A stretch of 60,521 nt of DNA from an uncultured Alphaproteobacteria bacterium (GTDB taxonomy: Bacteria; Pseudomonadota; Alphaproteobacteria; RF32; CAG-239): positions 1 to 60,521 of the forward strand of contig CALXLC010000032.1 in the NCBI GenBank assembly GCA_944389095.1. The letters run 5' to 3'. Every line of letters begins with the position of its first letter. Position 1 is the first letter of the stretch. The translations under genes were made by a program, and so were the position numbers. Below are positions 47,776 through 58,505 of this stretch, piece by piece. The notes below the pieces were generated by a model, which ran no database searches, was not told the DNA's origin, and worked only from the letters and a program-made list of their open reading frames with translations.

Positions 47776-48138
47776 CTAGACGCGCCCGTAAACGTCCTCA
47801 TAACGGATAATGTCGCTTTCGTCCAGATTATCGCCGCACTGCACTTCGATAAACTCCATGTTCCGGGGCGTATCATTTTGAATCCGGTGTTTGACGGTTA
47901 CCGGAATATAGATGTTCTCACCGGCCTTTTTGACGATTTTCTGATCGCCGAGCGTTACCACAGCCTCGCCGGCCGCAATAATCCAGTGCTCCGAACGGTG
48001 ATTGTGCGATTGCAGCGAAAGTTTGTTGCCGGGCGTCACAAGGATTCTCTTAACACAGAAACCGTCGCCGCAGTCCAAAACCTCCCAGGTGCCCCACGGG
48101 CGGTTATCCTTATCGCCTTTTTTGTAATTATTTGCCAT
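47776..48138 (-). CDS. type II mannose-6-phosphate isomerase-like cupin (stand-alone)
   Basis: RPWG, LSLQSHNHRSEHW, HRIQN, IEVQ…EsDIIRYEDVYGR. Confidence 0.88.
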   Translation of the reverse strand: MANNYKKGDKDNRPWGTWEVLDCGDGFCVKRILVTPGNKLSLQSHNHRSEHWIIAAGEAVVTLGDQKIVKKAGENIYIPVTVKHRIQNDTPRNMEFIEVQCGDNLDESDIIRYEDVYGRV

Positions 48139-48236
48139 AAATTTAGTCCTTTGTTAAATAAGTTTTTACTTGATGTAAGCCAATATAGAGAATATAAGAT
48201 AAAGCGCAAGGTCAAAAACACAACGGGTGGAAAAAT

Positions 48237-50501
48237 ATGAAATCGCCGGCCATCAATCAGGCAATGAACATTTTGCGTCTGCTCCGTGAAATTTCGGAAG
48301 GGGCGGATACGCTTCCGGTCAAGCTGGATAAGATAATCACCATGATTGTCCGGGAAATGAAAGCCGACGCCGGCACTTGTTATCTGGTGGTGGATGACAA
48401 TTATCTTGAACTGTTCGCTTCCTGCGGGTTTAATCCCGGCATTGCCCACAAAATTTCGCTCCGCGTCGGGGAAGGGCTGGTTGGTGACGTGGCGGAGCAC
48501 AACCGTTCGCTGGCGGTGGCAGATGTTTGGAAACATCCCAAATTTTCATACAAACCCGATATGGGGGAGGATGCCTACAAATCTTTTATCGGCGTTCCGC
48601 TGAGCCGGTGGCGCCGGGCTATCGGCGTTCTGACGCTGCAAAAAAAAGAAATTTACGAATACACCCGGCTGGAAATGGAAATTTTGGAAACCGTTGCCAT
48701 GGTTTTAAGCGAACTGGTGGCTTCGGAAGAAATGTCCGAATACAAAAACAGCCTGATTCGGGCCCGCGGACAATCAGAAAAAGAAAAATACAAAGGCCTC
48801 AGCCTCAGCAAAGGCTATGGTCTGGGCAATGCCGTCGTACACCGCCGCCGTCAGGTCGTAACTAAAATTTTTGCCGAAGACAAAGAAAAAGAACTTAAAA
48901 AGCTGGAAGCCGCCCATACCCGGATGAATGCCGACTTGGATGAAAAATTTGATGCCGCCAAACTGGGCATCGGCGAACATGTCGATATTTTGGACGCTTA
49001 CCGGATGTTTGCCAAAGACAAAGGCTGGTATAAAAAAATTGCCGACAACGTTCAAAGCGGACTGACGGCGGAAGCCGCCGTTGAACGGGCGTATGAAGAC
49101 ATGTGGAACCGCCTCTCCGGCACAACGGACAGTTATCTGAAAGAACGTCTGCACGATTTGCGTGATGTTGCCGACAGGCTGCTGGGATACCTGAGCGGGG
49201 ACAATGCCGCGTTATCGCCGGTAAACAGCGATAACCTCATTATTGTGGCTCAAACGATGGGGCCGGCGGATTTGATGGATTATGACTACACCAAAATCCG
49301 CGGTCTGATTATAGAAGACGGCACGCCGACCATGCATGTGGCTATTGTCGCCAAGGCGTTGAACATCCCGGTTGTCGCCAAAATAAAAGGGATTTTCAGC
49401 GAAATAAAAACCGGAGAAATGCTGGCGGTCGACGGCAACGAAGGATATGTTTACATCCGTCCGGGCATCCCCGTGCAGGAAAAAATCAAGGCCAAAATTG
49501 CCGAAAAGGAAAAACTGCAGGCCCGTCTGGCCGAGTTGAAAGATTTGCCGGGAAAAACCAAAGACGGCGTCAAAATCAACATGTACATTAATGTCGGTCT
49601 GGCTTTTGATTTGGATTACATAGAGAGCACCAATTGCGATGGCGTCGGACTGTACCGGACCGAAATTCCGTTTATGGCTTCTGATGTCATGCCGGATGTT
49701 GAAAAACAGGTGGGATATTATAAAGAGCTGATGGACCGTGCCGATGGACGAAAAGTCATTTTCCGCAGTCTGGACGTGGGATCGGACAAGCTGCTTCCCT
49801 ATTGGGGAAACGTCGGGGAAGATAATCCGGCCATCGGCTGGCGCTCCATCCGCATCACACTGGACCGTCGGGCAATTTTGCGCAAACAGATGAGAGCCTT
49901 TCTGCGGGCGGCTGCCGGGCGGGAATTGAATGTCATGTTCCCGATGATTTCGAACCTGAGCGAGTTTGAAGACGCCAAAGAAACTCTGATGATTGAATTG
50001 GAAAAAGAAAAACGCCGTCACGGCGAAGTTCCGTCCAAAGTCAACGTCGGATTGATGATAGAGGTGCCGTCGGTTGTTTTTCAGTTGGACGCGATTTTAA
50101 AACAGGCGGATTTTATATCCATCGGCACCAACGATTTGGCGCAGTTTATTTTTGCCTGTGATCGGGGAAATCCGCGCCTGAGTGAACGATATGACGTGTT
50201 GTCGGCGCCGTTTTTGAAAATGATGGGCGAAATTGTTTCCAAAGCCGATGAGGCCGGCGTCTATTGTTCCGTCTGCGGCGAGATGGCCAGCAATCCGATA
50301 GAGGCTTTGGCGTTGATAGGGTTGGGATACCGCAATCTGTCCATGTCCGGCTCATCGTTCGGCCGGGTCAAAAGTATGGTGCGGAGCGTTAATACGATTG
50401 ATATTGAGGATTATATAAAGACTTTGTTGAAATCCAACAAGAGGACGCTGCGTCCGCAATTAATATCCTATGCCTATGATCATGGTATTGAAATTTATTA
50501 A
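48237..50501 (+). CDS. ptsP: PEP-protein phosphotransferase EI-Ntr (GAF + EI)
   Basis: N-terminal GAF (GEGLVG), TMHVAI phospho-His, GLYRTE, SIGTNDL, VCGEMA. Confidence 0.95.
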   Translation: MKSPAINQAMNILRLLREISEGADTLPVKLDKIITMIVREMKADAGTCYLVVDDNYLELFASCGFNPGIAHKISLRVGEGLVGDVAEHNRSLAVADVWKHPKFSYKPDMGEDAYKSFIGVPLSRWRRAIGVLTLQKKEIYEYTRLEMEILETVAMVLSELVASEEMSEYKNSLIRARGQSEKEKYKGLSLSKGYGLGNAVVHRRRQVVTKIFAEDKEKELKKLEAAHTRMNADLDEKFDAAKLGIGEHVDILDAYRMFAKDKGWYKKIADNVQSGLTAEAAVERAYEDMWNRLSGTTDSYLKERLHDLRDVADRLLGYLSGDNAALSPVNSDNLIIVAQTMGPADLMDYDYTKIRGLIIEDGTPTMHVAIVAKALNIPVVAKIKGIFSEIKTGEMLAVDGNEGYVYIRPGIPVQEKIKAKIAEKEKLQARLAELKDLPGKTKDGVKINMYINVGLAFDLDYIESTNCDGVGLYRTEIPFMASDVMPDVEKQVGYYKELMDRADGRKVIFRSLDVGSDKLLPYWGNVGEDNPAIGWRSIRITLDRRAILRKQMRAFLRAAAGRELNVMFPMISNLSEFEDAKETLMIELEKEKRRHGEVPSKVNVGLMIEVPSVVFQLDAILKQADFISIGTNDLAQFIFACDRGNPRLSERYDVLSAPFLKMMGEIVSKADEAGVYCSVCGEMASNPIEALALIGLGYRNLSMSGSSFGRVKSMVRSVNTIDIEDYIKTLLKSNKRTLRPQLISYAYDHGIEIY

Positions 50502-50506
50502 AAAGT

Positions 50507-51571
50507 ATGCAACAATCACCACAATTTCAGAAAAACAAAGGATTAAACACCGTGAAAAAAGAAAAGACAAATTCCGAAAAAGCCGTTGAAACAGAGGCGG
50601 AAGCGGCCGAAAAAACTTCTGAGGCGGCTAAGGCTGCGGAACCGGCAGTGACTAAAGTCGGCCACCTGCTTAAAGAAATGCGGCTGCAAAAAGGGCAGAA
50701 ACTCCCGGATATTGCAAAAAAACTCTGTATTCGCAAATTTTACCTGGAGGCTATTGAAGAAAGTCGGTACGAAGATTTGCCGCCGTTCCCCTATGGGGTC
50801 GGTTTTATTCGTTCTTATGCCGACTACCTGGGCCTCAACAGCAGCAACATCGTTGAACTGTATAAAGAGGAAACCAACACCAGCCCCGATAAAAACATTT
50901 TTGTTCTGGAGCCGCAGGCCGAGGCGACCGTTCCCGGCAAAAAATATCTGATAATCAGCCTGCTGGGGATTATCGCCGTTTATGCCGTCTGGTCTTTTTA
51001 TAACAGCCGAGAGATAGAAGACAACGCAAATAATGTGCCGGAGTCTGTTTATCAGGAGGTTGCGGATGATGTAAATCCGGAACAATTGCCTTTGGTCGTA
51101 GAGGATTTTTCCGCCGGGTCGGCAACCAGTGAAGAACCGTCCGTGGAAGAAAATCTTCCCGTAATTGAAGTTGCACCCGAGATTTCGGAAGCAAATAGTC
51201 AAATAACCGTAACCGACGATTCTTTTGATGAACCGGAAGCCGCCGTTGAAGAAGTAGTGGAGCCGCAAACCCGGTCTGAGGAAAAAACACGTTCGGATGA
51301 AAATAAAAATATTGATATGTCAAAAGGCATCTTTGTCCGAGTTCTTAAAGAAACCTGGATTGAAGTCAAGGATAATGATACACTTTATATCAGTAAAGTT
51401 CTTCAGCCCGGAGACATTTATAAAGTTCCCGAAGGTCCCGGCATGATTTTTTCGGCCGGCAAACCGGACGGCGTGGAGGTATTGATTAACGGTGTGGTCA
51501 CGCCGGTCGTCACTGCCGCCAAAAAGACGAATATACCGCTGGATAAATTTATAAATTCCGGCAATCTTTAG
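50507..51571 (+). CDS. rodZ: RodZ-family HTH membrane protein
   Basis: GHLLKEMR…YLEAIEE…GFIRSYADYLGL, single TM, C-terminal WIEVKD (DUF4115-like). Confidence 0.85.
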   Translation: MQQSPQFQKNKGLNTVKKEKTNSEKAVETEAEAAEKTSEAAKAAEPAVTKVGHLLKEMRLQKGQKLPDIAKKLCIRKFYLEAIEESRYEDLPPFPYGVGFIRSYADYLGLNSSNIVELYKEETNTSPDKNIFVLEPQAEATVPGKKYLIISLLGIIAVYAVWSFYNSREIEDNANNVPESVYQEVADDVNPEQLPLVVEDFSAGSATSEEPSVEENLPVIEVAPEISEANSQITVTDDSFDEPEAAVEEVVEPQTRSEEKTRSDENKNIDMSKGIFVRVLKETWIEVKDNDTLYISKVLQPGDIYKVPEGPGMIFSAGKPDGVEVLINGVVTPVVTAAKKTNIPLDKFINSGNL

Positions 51572-51660
51572 CTTACAAGTTTCATGAAAGGAAAATAGTA
51601 GGTTTCGGCCTGCTATTTTCTTTGTTTAATATAGGGACGAAAAATAAATAAGGAAGAAGG

Positions 51661-52734
51661 ATGAATTTTGTAGAAAAACTGGCCAATGTCGCCAATCGTT
51701 ATGATGAATTGCAGGCGCTGGTTTCCGAGCCCGGCGTCAGTTCGGATGATTTGGTTCGGATGAACAAAGAACTGGCGGCGCTGGCTCCGGTGGTTGAGGC
51801 TATTCACCGGTATAATAAAATGGAACAGAATATGAATGATGCCAAGACCATGATGGATGACGCATCACTGGATAAGGAAATGCGGGAGCTGGCTGAGGCC
51901 GAATATTATGATTTGAAAGAGAAGCTGCCGCAATTGGAACAAGAAATCAAAATTTTGCTCCTGCCTAAAGATGAAGAAGACGAAAAAAATGCCATTTTGG
52001 AAGTCCGTGCCGGCACCGGCGGAGATGAAGCCGCTTTGTTTGCCGCGGTTTTGTTCGAGATGTATCAGCGTTATTCCCAAAATATGGGATGGAAATTTGA
52101 AGTCAACGATGTGACGGAAAATGAACTCGGCGGTTACAAGGAGGCAACGGCCAAAATCACCGGAAAAGATGTTTTTGCCAAACTCAAGTTTGAATCCGGC
52201 GCTCACCGCGTGCAGCGCGTCCCGGTAACGGAATCTCAGGGACGCGTTCATACGTCGGCAGCTACGGTGGCCGTCTTGCCGGAGATTGAAGAAGTTGATA
52301 TGTATATTAATCCCGCGGATTTAAAAATTGACGTTTACCGGGCATCGGGCGCCGGCGGACAACATGTCAACCGGACAGAATCAGCCGTGCGCATCACCCA
52401 TATTCCGACCGGGGTCGTCGTGCAGTGTCAGGATGACCGTTCGCAGTACAAAAACAAGGAAAAAGCCATGAATCATCTGCGGGCCAAGCTCTATGACATG
52501 CAAAAGTCTTCCATCGATTCGGCCTATTCCGAAAAACGCAAGCTTCAGGTCGGCAGCGGCGACAGATCCGAACGCATCCGTACTTACAACTATCCGCAGG
52601 GGCGGGTGACCGATCACCGGATTAATCTGACGTTGTATAAGCTGGACGAGGTTGTTTCCGGCGATGCTCTGGGCGAGATTATTGACGCGTTGGTGGCCGA
52701 AGATCAGGCGCAAAAACTGGCAGAACTGGACTGA
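51661..52734 (+). CDS. prfA: peptide chain release factor 1
   Basis: [21 protein letters not shown] (PxT), GAGGQHVN. Confidence 0.97.
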   Translation: MNFVEKLANVANRYDELQALVSEPGVSSDDLVRMNKELAALAPVVEAIHRYNKMEQNMNDAKTMMDDASLDKEMRELAEAEYYDLKEKLPQLEQEIKILLLPKDEEDEKNAILEVRAGTGGDEAALFAAVLFEMYQRYSQNMGWKFEVNDVTENELGGYKEATAKITGKDVFAKLKFESGAHRVQRVPVTESQGRVHTSAATVAVLPEIEEVDMYINPADLKIDVYRASGAGGQHVNRTESAVRITHIPTGVVVQCQDDRSQYKNKEKAMNHLRAKLYDMQKSSIDSAYSEKRKLQVGSGDRSERIRTYNYPQGRVTDHRINLTLYKLDEVVSGDALGEIIDALVAEDQAQKLAELD

Positions 52735-52880
52735 TGTTTTAAGAGCGCCCGCCGAAAAGGCAAACCTGGTTTGGTCCAGACAAAAATGTAGTGACAAAAC
52801 TGTCATCAAATATATTTTTTAGCTTGAGAATCTCAGGCTATCTTTTATAATCAGCCTCAAAGAATATCAGAGGAAAGTTT

Positions 52881-55800
52881 ATGTCTGCGCCGCAATTTGT
52901 TCATCTTCGCGTCCATACCGCCTATTCCTTGTCGGAAGGGGCGATGCTCGTGCCGAAATTAATGCATAAGCTTCATGATTTAGGTATTCCGGCCATTGCG
53001 GTAACCGATACGGCCAACATGTTTGGCGGCAAAGCGTTTTCAAAATATGCGTCGGATGAAGGAATTAAACCAATTCTCGGCTGCCAGTTTTATTTGCGCA
53101 ATCCTGATGCCGATGATGTTCTGAAGGCCCGCGGCCGGACAATCGAGCCGGATAAAATTGTTTTGCTGGTAATGAATGCCGAGGGGTATGCCAACATTAT
53201 GAAGCTGATGAAGCGCTCGTATCTTGACAACCCGCAGTTTAATGAAAAACCTCAGCTCAAAATGTCTGATTTGGAAGAGCTGAACGGCGGACTGATTGCG
53301 CTGACTGCCGGCGTGGAGGGGCAGCCGGGGCGTCTTTTGCTGGAAAACCGCACGGCGGAAGCCGAGCAGGCCGTTGTCAAACTCCGGGAAGTATTCGGCA
53401 ATCGCTTATATATGGAAATCTCCCGCATCGGGCTGGAAGAGGAGCGAAAAACAGAAGAAACGTTCATTGACTGGGCTTATAAATACAATATCCCGCTGGT
53501 GGCAACCAACGAGGCTTTTTTCTTTGATGCGGATATGTATGAAGCACACGATGCGCTGATTTGCATCGCTGCGGGAGAATATGTGGCCAATGACAATCGC
53601 AAAAAATATTCGCCCAACAACCGCCTGCGCAGCCCGCAGGAAATGATTGAACTTTTTAAGGATTTGCCCGAGGCGGTTCAAAACACGATTAATATTGCAA
53701 CCCGCTGCAATTTTCTGTCCGAAAAAGTCCAGCCGCTGCTGCCGATTTTTGAATGTCCGGACGGCAAAACCCAGGATGAGTTCATTACGGAGGAGGCATA
53801 CAAAGGGTTGGCCGAGCGCATGCGTGACCATGTTTATTTCGAGGGCATGACCGCGGCGCAAAAGGACGAGCTTGACCGCAAGTATTACGCCCGTCTGGAT
53901 TACGAACTGAGCGTTATCAAAAAAATGGGCTTTCCGGGTTACTTCCTTATCGTTTCGGACTTCATCCGCTGGTCCAAAACGCATGGCGTACCGGTTGGTC
54001 CGGGACGTGGTTCCGGCGCCGGCTCAATAGTCGCCTGGTCGTTGAAGGTTACCGATTTGGATCCGATTAAGCTTGATTTGCTGTTTGAGCGTTTTTTAAA
54101 TCCCGAACGCGTCAACATGCCGGATTTCGATGTCGACTTTTGTCAGGAAAACCGTTACAAAACCATAGAATATGTGCAGAATAAATATGGTTTTGACCAT
54201 GTGGCGCAGATTATTACCTACGGCAAACTTCAGGCCAAAAACGTGATTCGCGACGTGGCCCGTGTCCTGCAGATGCCATATTCTCAGGCTGACCGCATTT
54301 CCAAAATGATACCGCCCGGCGTTCAGGGGAAAAACCCGACATTGCAGGAATCTCTGGATCAGGTTCCCGAACTGGAGGAAATGCGCCAAACGGATCCGCA
54401 GATTAACAAACTTTTTGATATCGCCATGAAGCTGGAAGGATTGTACCGCCAGTCCGGCATGCACGCGGCCGGCGTGGTTATCGGCGACCGTCCGCTGGAA
54501 GAACTGGTGCCGTTGTACAAAGATCCCAAGGCCGACATGCCGGTAACTCAGTACGATATGAAGTTTGTGGAAGAAACCGGACTGATTAAATTTGACTTTC
54601 TGGGGTTAAAAACACTGACCGTCATCAAACGCGCCGTCGATTGGGTCAAAAAGGTTCACAATATTGATCTGGATATTGAAAAAGTTCCTCTGGACGACAA
54701 ACAGACTTATGAGATGCTTCAGCGCGGCGACACAACGGCCGTCTTCCAGTTTGAATCTCCGGGAATGAAAGATGTGCACAAACAAATCAAACCGGACCGT
54801 TTTGAGGATTTGATTGCTATTGTTTCGCTTTACCGCCCGGGGCCGATGGACAATATTCCGACCTATATCAAGCGCAAGCACGGCGAAGAAGAAATCACCT
54901 ATCTGCATCCCGATTTGGCGCCGATATTGGATGAAACTTACGGCATCATGGTCTATCAGGAACAGGTTATGAAAATTGCCCAGGCGCTGGGCGGATATAC
55001 CATGGGCGGTGCGGACAAGCTGCGCAAGGTTATGGGTAAAAAAATGCGCGATGAAATTCCCAAACAGCGCAAGATGTTTACCGAAGGCGCCGTTGCCAAG
55101 GGGATAGACGAGGGGACGGCCACCAAAATTTTTGACCAGATGGAAAAATTTGCGTCTTACGGATTTAACAAGTCTCATGCGGCGGCATATTCGCTGGTTT
55201 CGTACCAAACGGCATACCTCAAGGCGCATTATCCGGTTGAGTTTATGTGTGCGGTTATGTCTTTGGATATGACCAATGTTGACAAACTGATGCTCTATAA
55301 AGAAGAGTGCAAAAAAATCGGCTTTAAGGTGTTGCCGCCCGACATCAATCATTCCGGAGCCGACTTCTGCGTCGAAAACGGCAATATCCGTTATGCTTTG
55401 GGAGCCATCAAGAGCGTCGGCGCCGCCAATATGGAAGCAATAGAAAAAGAGCGTCTGGCTCATGGTCCGTATAAGGATATTTCCGATTTTATTCACCGGG
55501 TAGACGCCAAGCAGATAAACCGCCGTCAGCTTGAACAGCTGATTAAGGCCGGAGCTTTTGACTGCCTGGATAAAAACCGCGGCAAATTGTTTGCCAATAT
55601 AGAAACAATCATGCAGCATATTGCTTCGGCAACCGAATTGAAAACCAGTTCGCAGTCTTCGCTGTTCGGCACAGAGGAGTTGCAGGCAAAAGTCAAACTG
55701 GCGGAAAAACCGGACTGGCCGGAACTGGAAAAACTTAAGCTGGAGGCTGAGGCCATCGGCTTTTATCTGTCGGCACATCCGTTGGACAGCTATTCCCGGG

Positions 55801-56351
55801 GCATTGAGCGTCTGGGCGTCAAAAAGTGCAGCGAAGTCTTTCACGGCATCCGCGTCGGAGATACGATTCGCGCCAAACTGGCCGGCTGCGTCAATTCTTT
55901 CCAGAAGCGGATTTCCAAAAACGGCAATAAATATGCGTTTCTTGAAATTTCTGACGGCACCAGCAATTTTGAAGGACTGCTGTTTTCGGAAGGACTTGTC
56001 CGGTTTGAAGAAACCATCAATTCGGGACTGCCGCTGCTGGTCAGCGTGACGATAGACAAACAGACGGAAGAAGGCAACCCCAAGGTAATGATTAACAATG
56101 TCGAAACTCTGGACAAAGCTATTGCCGATGTTGCCAACGGACTGGAAATCAGTCTTAATGACGTTTCCGTCGTCCCGAAACTGCACGAGATTCTTAAAAA
56201 AGATAGAAATGGCAAAAATAAAATATATATCAAACCGGATAACGACAATTGGGACATTCGGATAGAGCTGGCGGGCGGCTTTGCTCTTTTTGGCGATGTG
56301 CTGGGACAGATACGCGGCCTTCCGGGTGTGACGACAGTAAAGGAAATTTAA
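52881..56351 (+). CDS. dnaE: DNA polymerase III alpha subunit
   Basis: HLRVHTAYS PHP domain, GPGRGSGAGS, MPDFDVDF, KFDFLGL, YGFNKSHA. Confidence 0.97.
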   Translation: MSAPQFVHLRVHTAYSLSEGAMLVPKLMHKLHDLGIPAIAVTDTANMFGGKAFSKYASDEGIKPILGCQFYLRNPDADDVLKARGRTIEPDKIVLLVMNAEGYANIMKLMKRSYLDNPQFNEKPQLKMSDLEELNGGLIALTAGVEGQPGRLLLENRTAEAEQAVVKLREVFGNRLYMEISRIGLEEERKTEETFIDWAYKYNIPLVATNEAFFFDADMYEAHDALICIAAGEYVANDNRKKYSPNNRLRSPQEMIELFKDLPEAVQNTINIATRCNFLSEKVQPLLPIFECPDGKTQDEFITEEAYKGLAERMRDHVYFEGMTAAQKDELDRKYYARLDYELSVIKKMGFPGYFLIVSDFIRWSKTHGVPVGPGRGSGAGSIVAWSLKVTDLDPIKLDLLFERFLNPERVNMPDFDVDFCQENRYKTIEYVQNKYGFDHVAQIITYGKLQAKNVIRDVARVLQMPYSQADRISKMIPPGVQGKNPTLQESLDQVPELEEMRQTDPQINKLFDIAMKLEGLYRQSGMHAAGVVIGDRPLEELVPLYKDPKADMPVTQYDMKFVEETGLIKFDFLGLKTLTVIKRAVDWVKKVHNIDLDIEKVPLDDKQTYEMLQRGDTTAVFQFESPGMKDVHKQIKPDRFEDLIAIVSLYRPGPMDNIPTYIKRKHGEEEITYLHPDLAPILDETYGIMVYQEQVMKIAQALGGYTMGGADKLRKVMGKKMRDEIPKQRKMFTEGAVAKGIDEGTATKIFDQMEKFASYGFNKSHAAAYSLVSYQTAYLKAHYPVEFMCAVMSLDMTNVDKLMLYKEECKKIGFKVLPPDINHSGADFCVENGNIRYALGAIKSVGAANMEAIEKERLAHGPYKDISDFIHRVDAKQINRRQLEQLIKAGAFDCLDKNRGKLFANIETIMQHIASATELKTSSQSSLFGTEELQAKVKLAEKPDWPELEKLKLEAEAIGFYLSAHPLDSYSRGIERLGVKKCSEVFHGIRVGDTIRAKLAGCVNSFQKRISKNGNKYAFLEISDGTSNFEGLLFSEGLVRFEETINSGLPLLVSVTIDKQTEEGNPKVMINNVETLDKAIADVANGLEISLNDVSVVPKLHEILKKDRNGKNKIYIKPDNDNWDIRIELAGGFALFGDVLGQIRGLPGVTTVKEI

Positions 56352-56352
56352 A

Positions 56353-57159
56353 ATGCGGCAGGAAAACAAATCAGAAGACAAATCCCGTCAAATGTCCTGG
56401 TCAGGAATTTTACTGGGACCGTATATGCTGTTTATTGATAACACCAGAACCTTTTTCCGTCTGGGCGGATTTTATGCGCTGCTCCTGACAGCCGTTTCCA
56501 TGCTGTTCAATGTCGGATATGCCTGCCGTTTTTCGGAAGCCGGCTGTGCCTATCAGACGTCACAGCTGCTGATATCTCTGGCGGTCAGCGGTTTTATAAT
56601 ATTGATGTTTATGCGCCGTTGGTTAAAAATGACGATTGATAAGTCTGCCTGGAGCTGGCGTTTTGTTTTGCTTCCGGAATTGCCCGAGCTGAAATTGACG
56701 GGAATTTCTCTCGCTTTTATCCTGTTGAATGCGGTGGCGCTGGTTTCGATGTATTTGCTGGTGATAAGGGAGCCCAATCCTGACTGGCGTATAGAGATTG
56801 TATATTTTGCCGTTGTTTCGGTCGGGTTCTTGGTCCCGTTTGCACTGCTGCGTTTTTATGCTTTGTTTGCGGATGTTTCGTTGGAAGAAAAAATTCCGTC
56901 CCTGCGGCATTTGTGGCAGAGCGGCCGGGATAAAACGCTCAAAATCATGATGAGCCTGCTGTTTATCTGTCTGGTCGGCATTTTTTCCCAGTCGGCACTG
57001 AACGGAGAATTGCTGAATATTGAGAATAAAAGCGTTTTTTATATTCGTTTTTTTGCTGAATATGTTTATAATCTGCTTGTCCTGCTGATAACGTCGTTTT
57101 TTGCAAATCATTGCTATCTGCAGAAAGTTTATAGAGAGGGGTTACAACAAAATGACTGA
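56353..57159 (+). CDS. hypothetical multi-TM membrane protein
   Basis: About six hydrophobic helices; directly follows dnaE. Confidence 0.7.
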   Translation: MRQENKSEDKSRQMSWSGILLGPYMLFIDNTRTFFRLGGFYALLLTAVSMLFNVGYACRFSEAGCAYQTSQLLISLAVSGFIILMFMRRWLKMTIDKSAWSWRFVLLPELPELKLTGISLAFILLNAVALVSMYLLVIREPNPDWRIEIVYFAVVSVGFLVPFALLRFYALFADVSLEEKIPSLRHLWQSGRDKTLKIMMSLLFICLVGIFSQSALNGELLNIENKSVFYIRFFAEYVYNLLVLLITSFFANHCYLQKVYREGLQQND

Positions 57160-57958
57160 AAAACAACCTGTACAATTAAACCTCCCGTTTTGGGAAACCG
57201 TGAAACGCAGTTTCATGTTTGTCTTAAAAAACATGAAAACATATCTTAAAATTTCGGCGCCGGCATTTGCCATCGTCGTATATGAAATGCTTTGCGGCTT
57301 TCCGATACTCTGCAACATTAATCCGGAAAGCTGTACGCCCGGCATGGCGCAGCGCGGTTCGCTGGCACTGCTGTGGATTGTCTCTTTTGCGGTGACCATT
57401 GCTTTTTGCCGGGTTGTCGTGCTGAAAACGCCGGCGGATTATTTTTCCTTGGCTTTTCTGAAACGCGAATGCAAATATATTTTGTATAATCTGCTGCTTG
57501 TTGCGGCAATTATGCTTCCGGCTTTTCTGTTGATTGCGATTGTGGCGTTTATAGGCAGCTTCTTGGGAATGACGCAAAATTCTTTGGTGACGATAGGCAT
57601 GTTCATTCCGTTGTTGCTGACGATTTATGCCGCGCGGCTGTTCCTGGTCTTTCCCGGAATTGCGGTGGATGATGCCGGCCTGACGATTCAGGAGTCCTTT
57701 CGGATGACCAAAGGCAATGCCAACAAAATTTTCTGGGCACAGATTATTATGATGCTGCCCTGCGGCTTTTTGCTGGTTTCTCTTAGCAGTGCATATATTC
57801 TGCTCAAGACGGACAATTACTTTGTCAATCTGATTTTTGTTCTGCTTTATATGGCTTTGTCGTTTTTGGATTCTTGCTTTAAGGCGTCGTTCTACGGTCA
57901 TATTTATCAGTACTTCACATTTTACAAAACCCACGATGTTCCGTCAGAAGACAAATAG
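57152..57958 (+). CDS. hypothetical multi-TM membrane protein
   Basis: About six TM helices; RLFLVFPGIAVD…ESFRMTKGN motif; overlaps the preceding stop. Confidence 0.72.
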   Translation: MTEKQPVQLNLPFWETVKRSFMFVLKNMKTYLKISAPAFAIVVYEMLCGFPILCNINPESCTPGMAQRGSLALLWIVSFAVTIAFCRVVVLKTPADYFSLAFLKRECKYILYNLLLVAAIMLPAFLLIAIVAFIGSFLGMTQNSLVTIGMFIPLLLTIYAARLFLVFPGIAVDDAGLTIQESFRMTKGNANKIFWAQIIMMLPCGFLLVSLSSAYILLKTDNYFVNLIFVLLYMALSFLDSCFKASFYGHIYQYFTFYKTHDVPSEDK

Positions 57959-57968
57959 TCTGCATGAC

Positions 57969-58005
57969 AACAAAAACTCCCGGCATTGTTCCGGGAGTTT
58001 TTGTT
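57969..58005 (+). terminator. intrinsic terminator
   Basis: AACAAAAACTCCCGG-N7-CCGGGAGTTTTTGTT. Confidence 0.85.
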
Positions 58006-58066
58006 TGGATTGAGCGGGGCGAAAAAGTTTTTTCTGTTGCAAAATCATTTTCATCTTATATCATAA

Positions 58067-58236
58067 TTCCGTCGTCCGGTGAGCGGACGATGGAGTGTCA
58101 CAGCTCCTTCACGAAACGAACAACTCCTTAGATGGGGAGCCGGGGGAATAAGCATGCCTGCATGACGAAGAACCCGGACTGTTCGTGAACAGTTGTGAAC
58201 TCCCCGCCTTAACGTTGTTTAAGGCGGTTTTGTTTT
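58067..58236 (+). ncRNA. structured leader RNA, copy D
   Basis: TCACA(58098)/TGTGA(58194) and TTCACGAA(58108)/TTCGTGAA(58182) pairs; terminator CCGCCTTAA/TTAAGGCGG plus TTTTGTTTT. Confidence 0.7.
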
Positions 58237-58262
58237 AATCGAAACAAATATGGAGTTACAAA

Positions 58263-58505
58263 ATGTCAAACAACAAAGCAATGAAGGACTTATCTCGCGG
58301 CGGCCGCCGGTTGGGACAGCAGCTTCACGACCTGAGAATATTCAATCGCTTAAGTATTGAGGAAGTCCACGTCAAAACCGGCATACCCACCTGGTGGATA
58401 GACGCGATAGAACTCGGCAACCGCGAGCTGAGACTGGAACATCTTTATGTTCTGGCCAAGTTGTATAACCGGAAGGTGGTTATTTCTTTGGAAGACCGAG
58501 AATAA
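58263..58505 (+). CDS. XRE/Cro-like HTH protein (80 aa)
   Basis: GGAG RBS; same protein as copy C and one residue different from copy B. Confidence 0.85.
   Translation: MSNNKAMKDLSRGGRRLGQQLHDLRIFNRLSIEEVHVKTGIPTWWIDAIELGNRELRLEHLYVLAKLYNRKVVISLEDRE

Noticed and set aside
52745-52810. GCCGAAAAGGCAAACC segment resembling a c-di-GMP-I riboswitch start
   Set aside because: The downstream GNRA stem and ACGCAAA elements are missing.
54606-56381. 591-aa - strand ORF
   Set aside because: Antisense shadow of dnaE.
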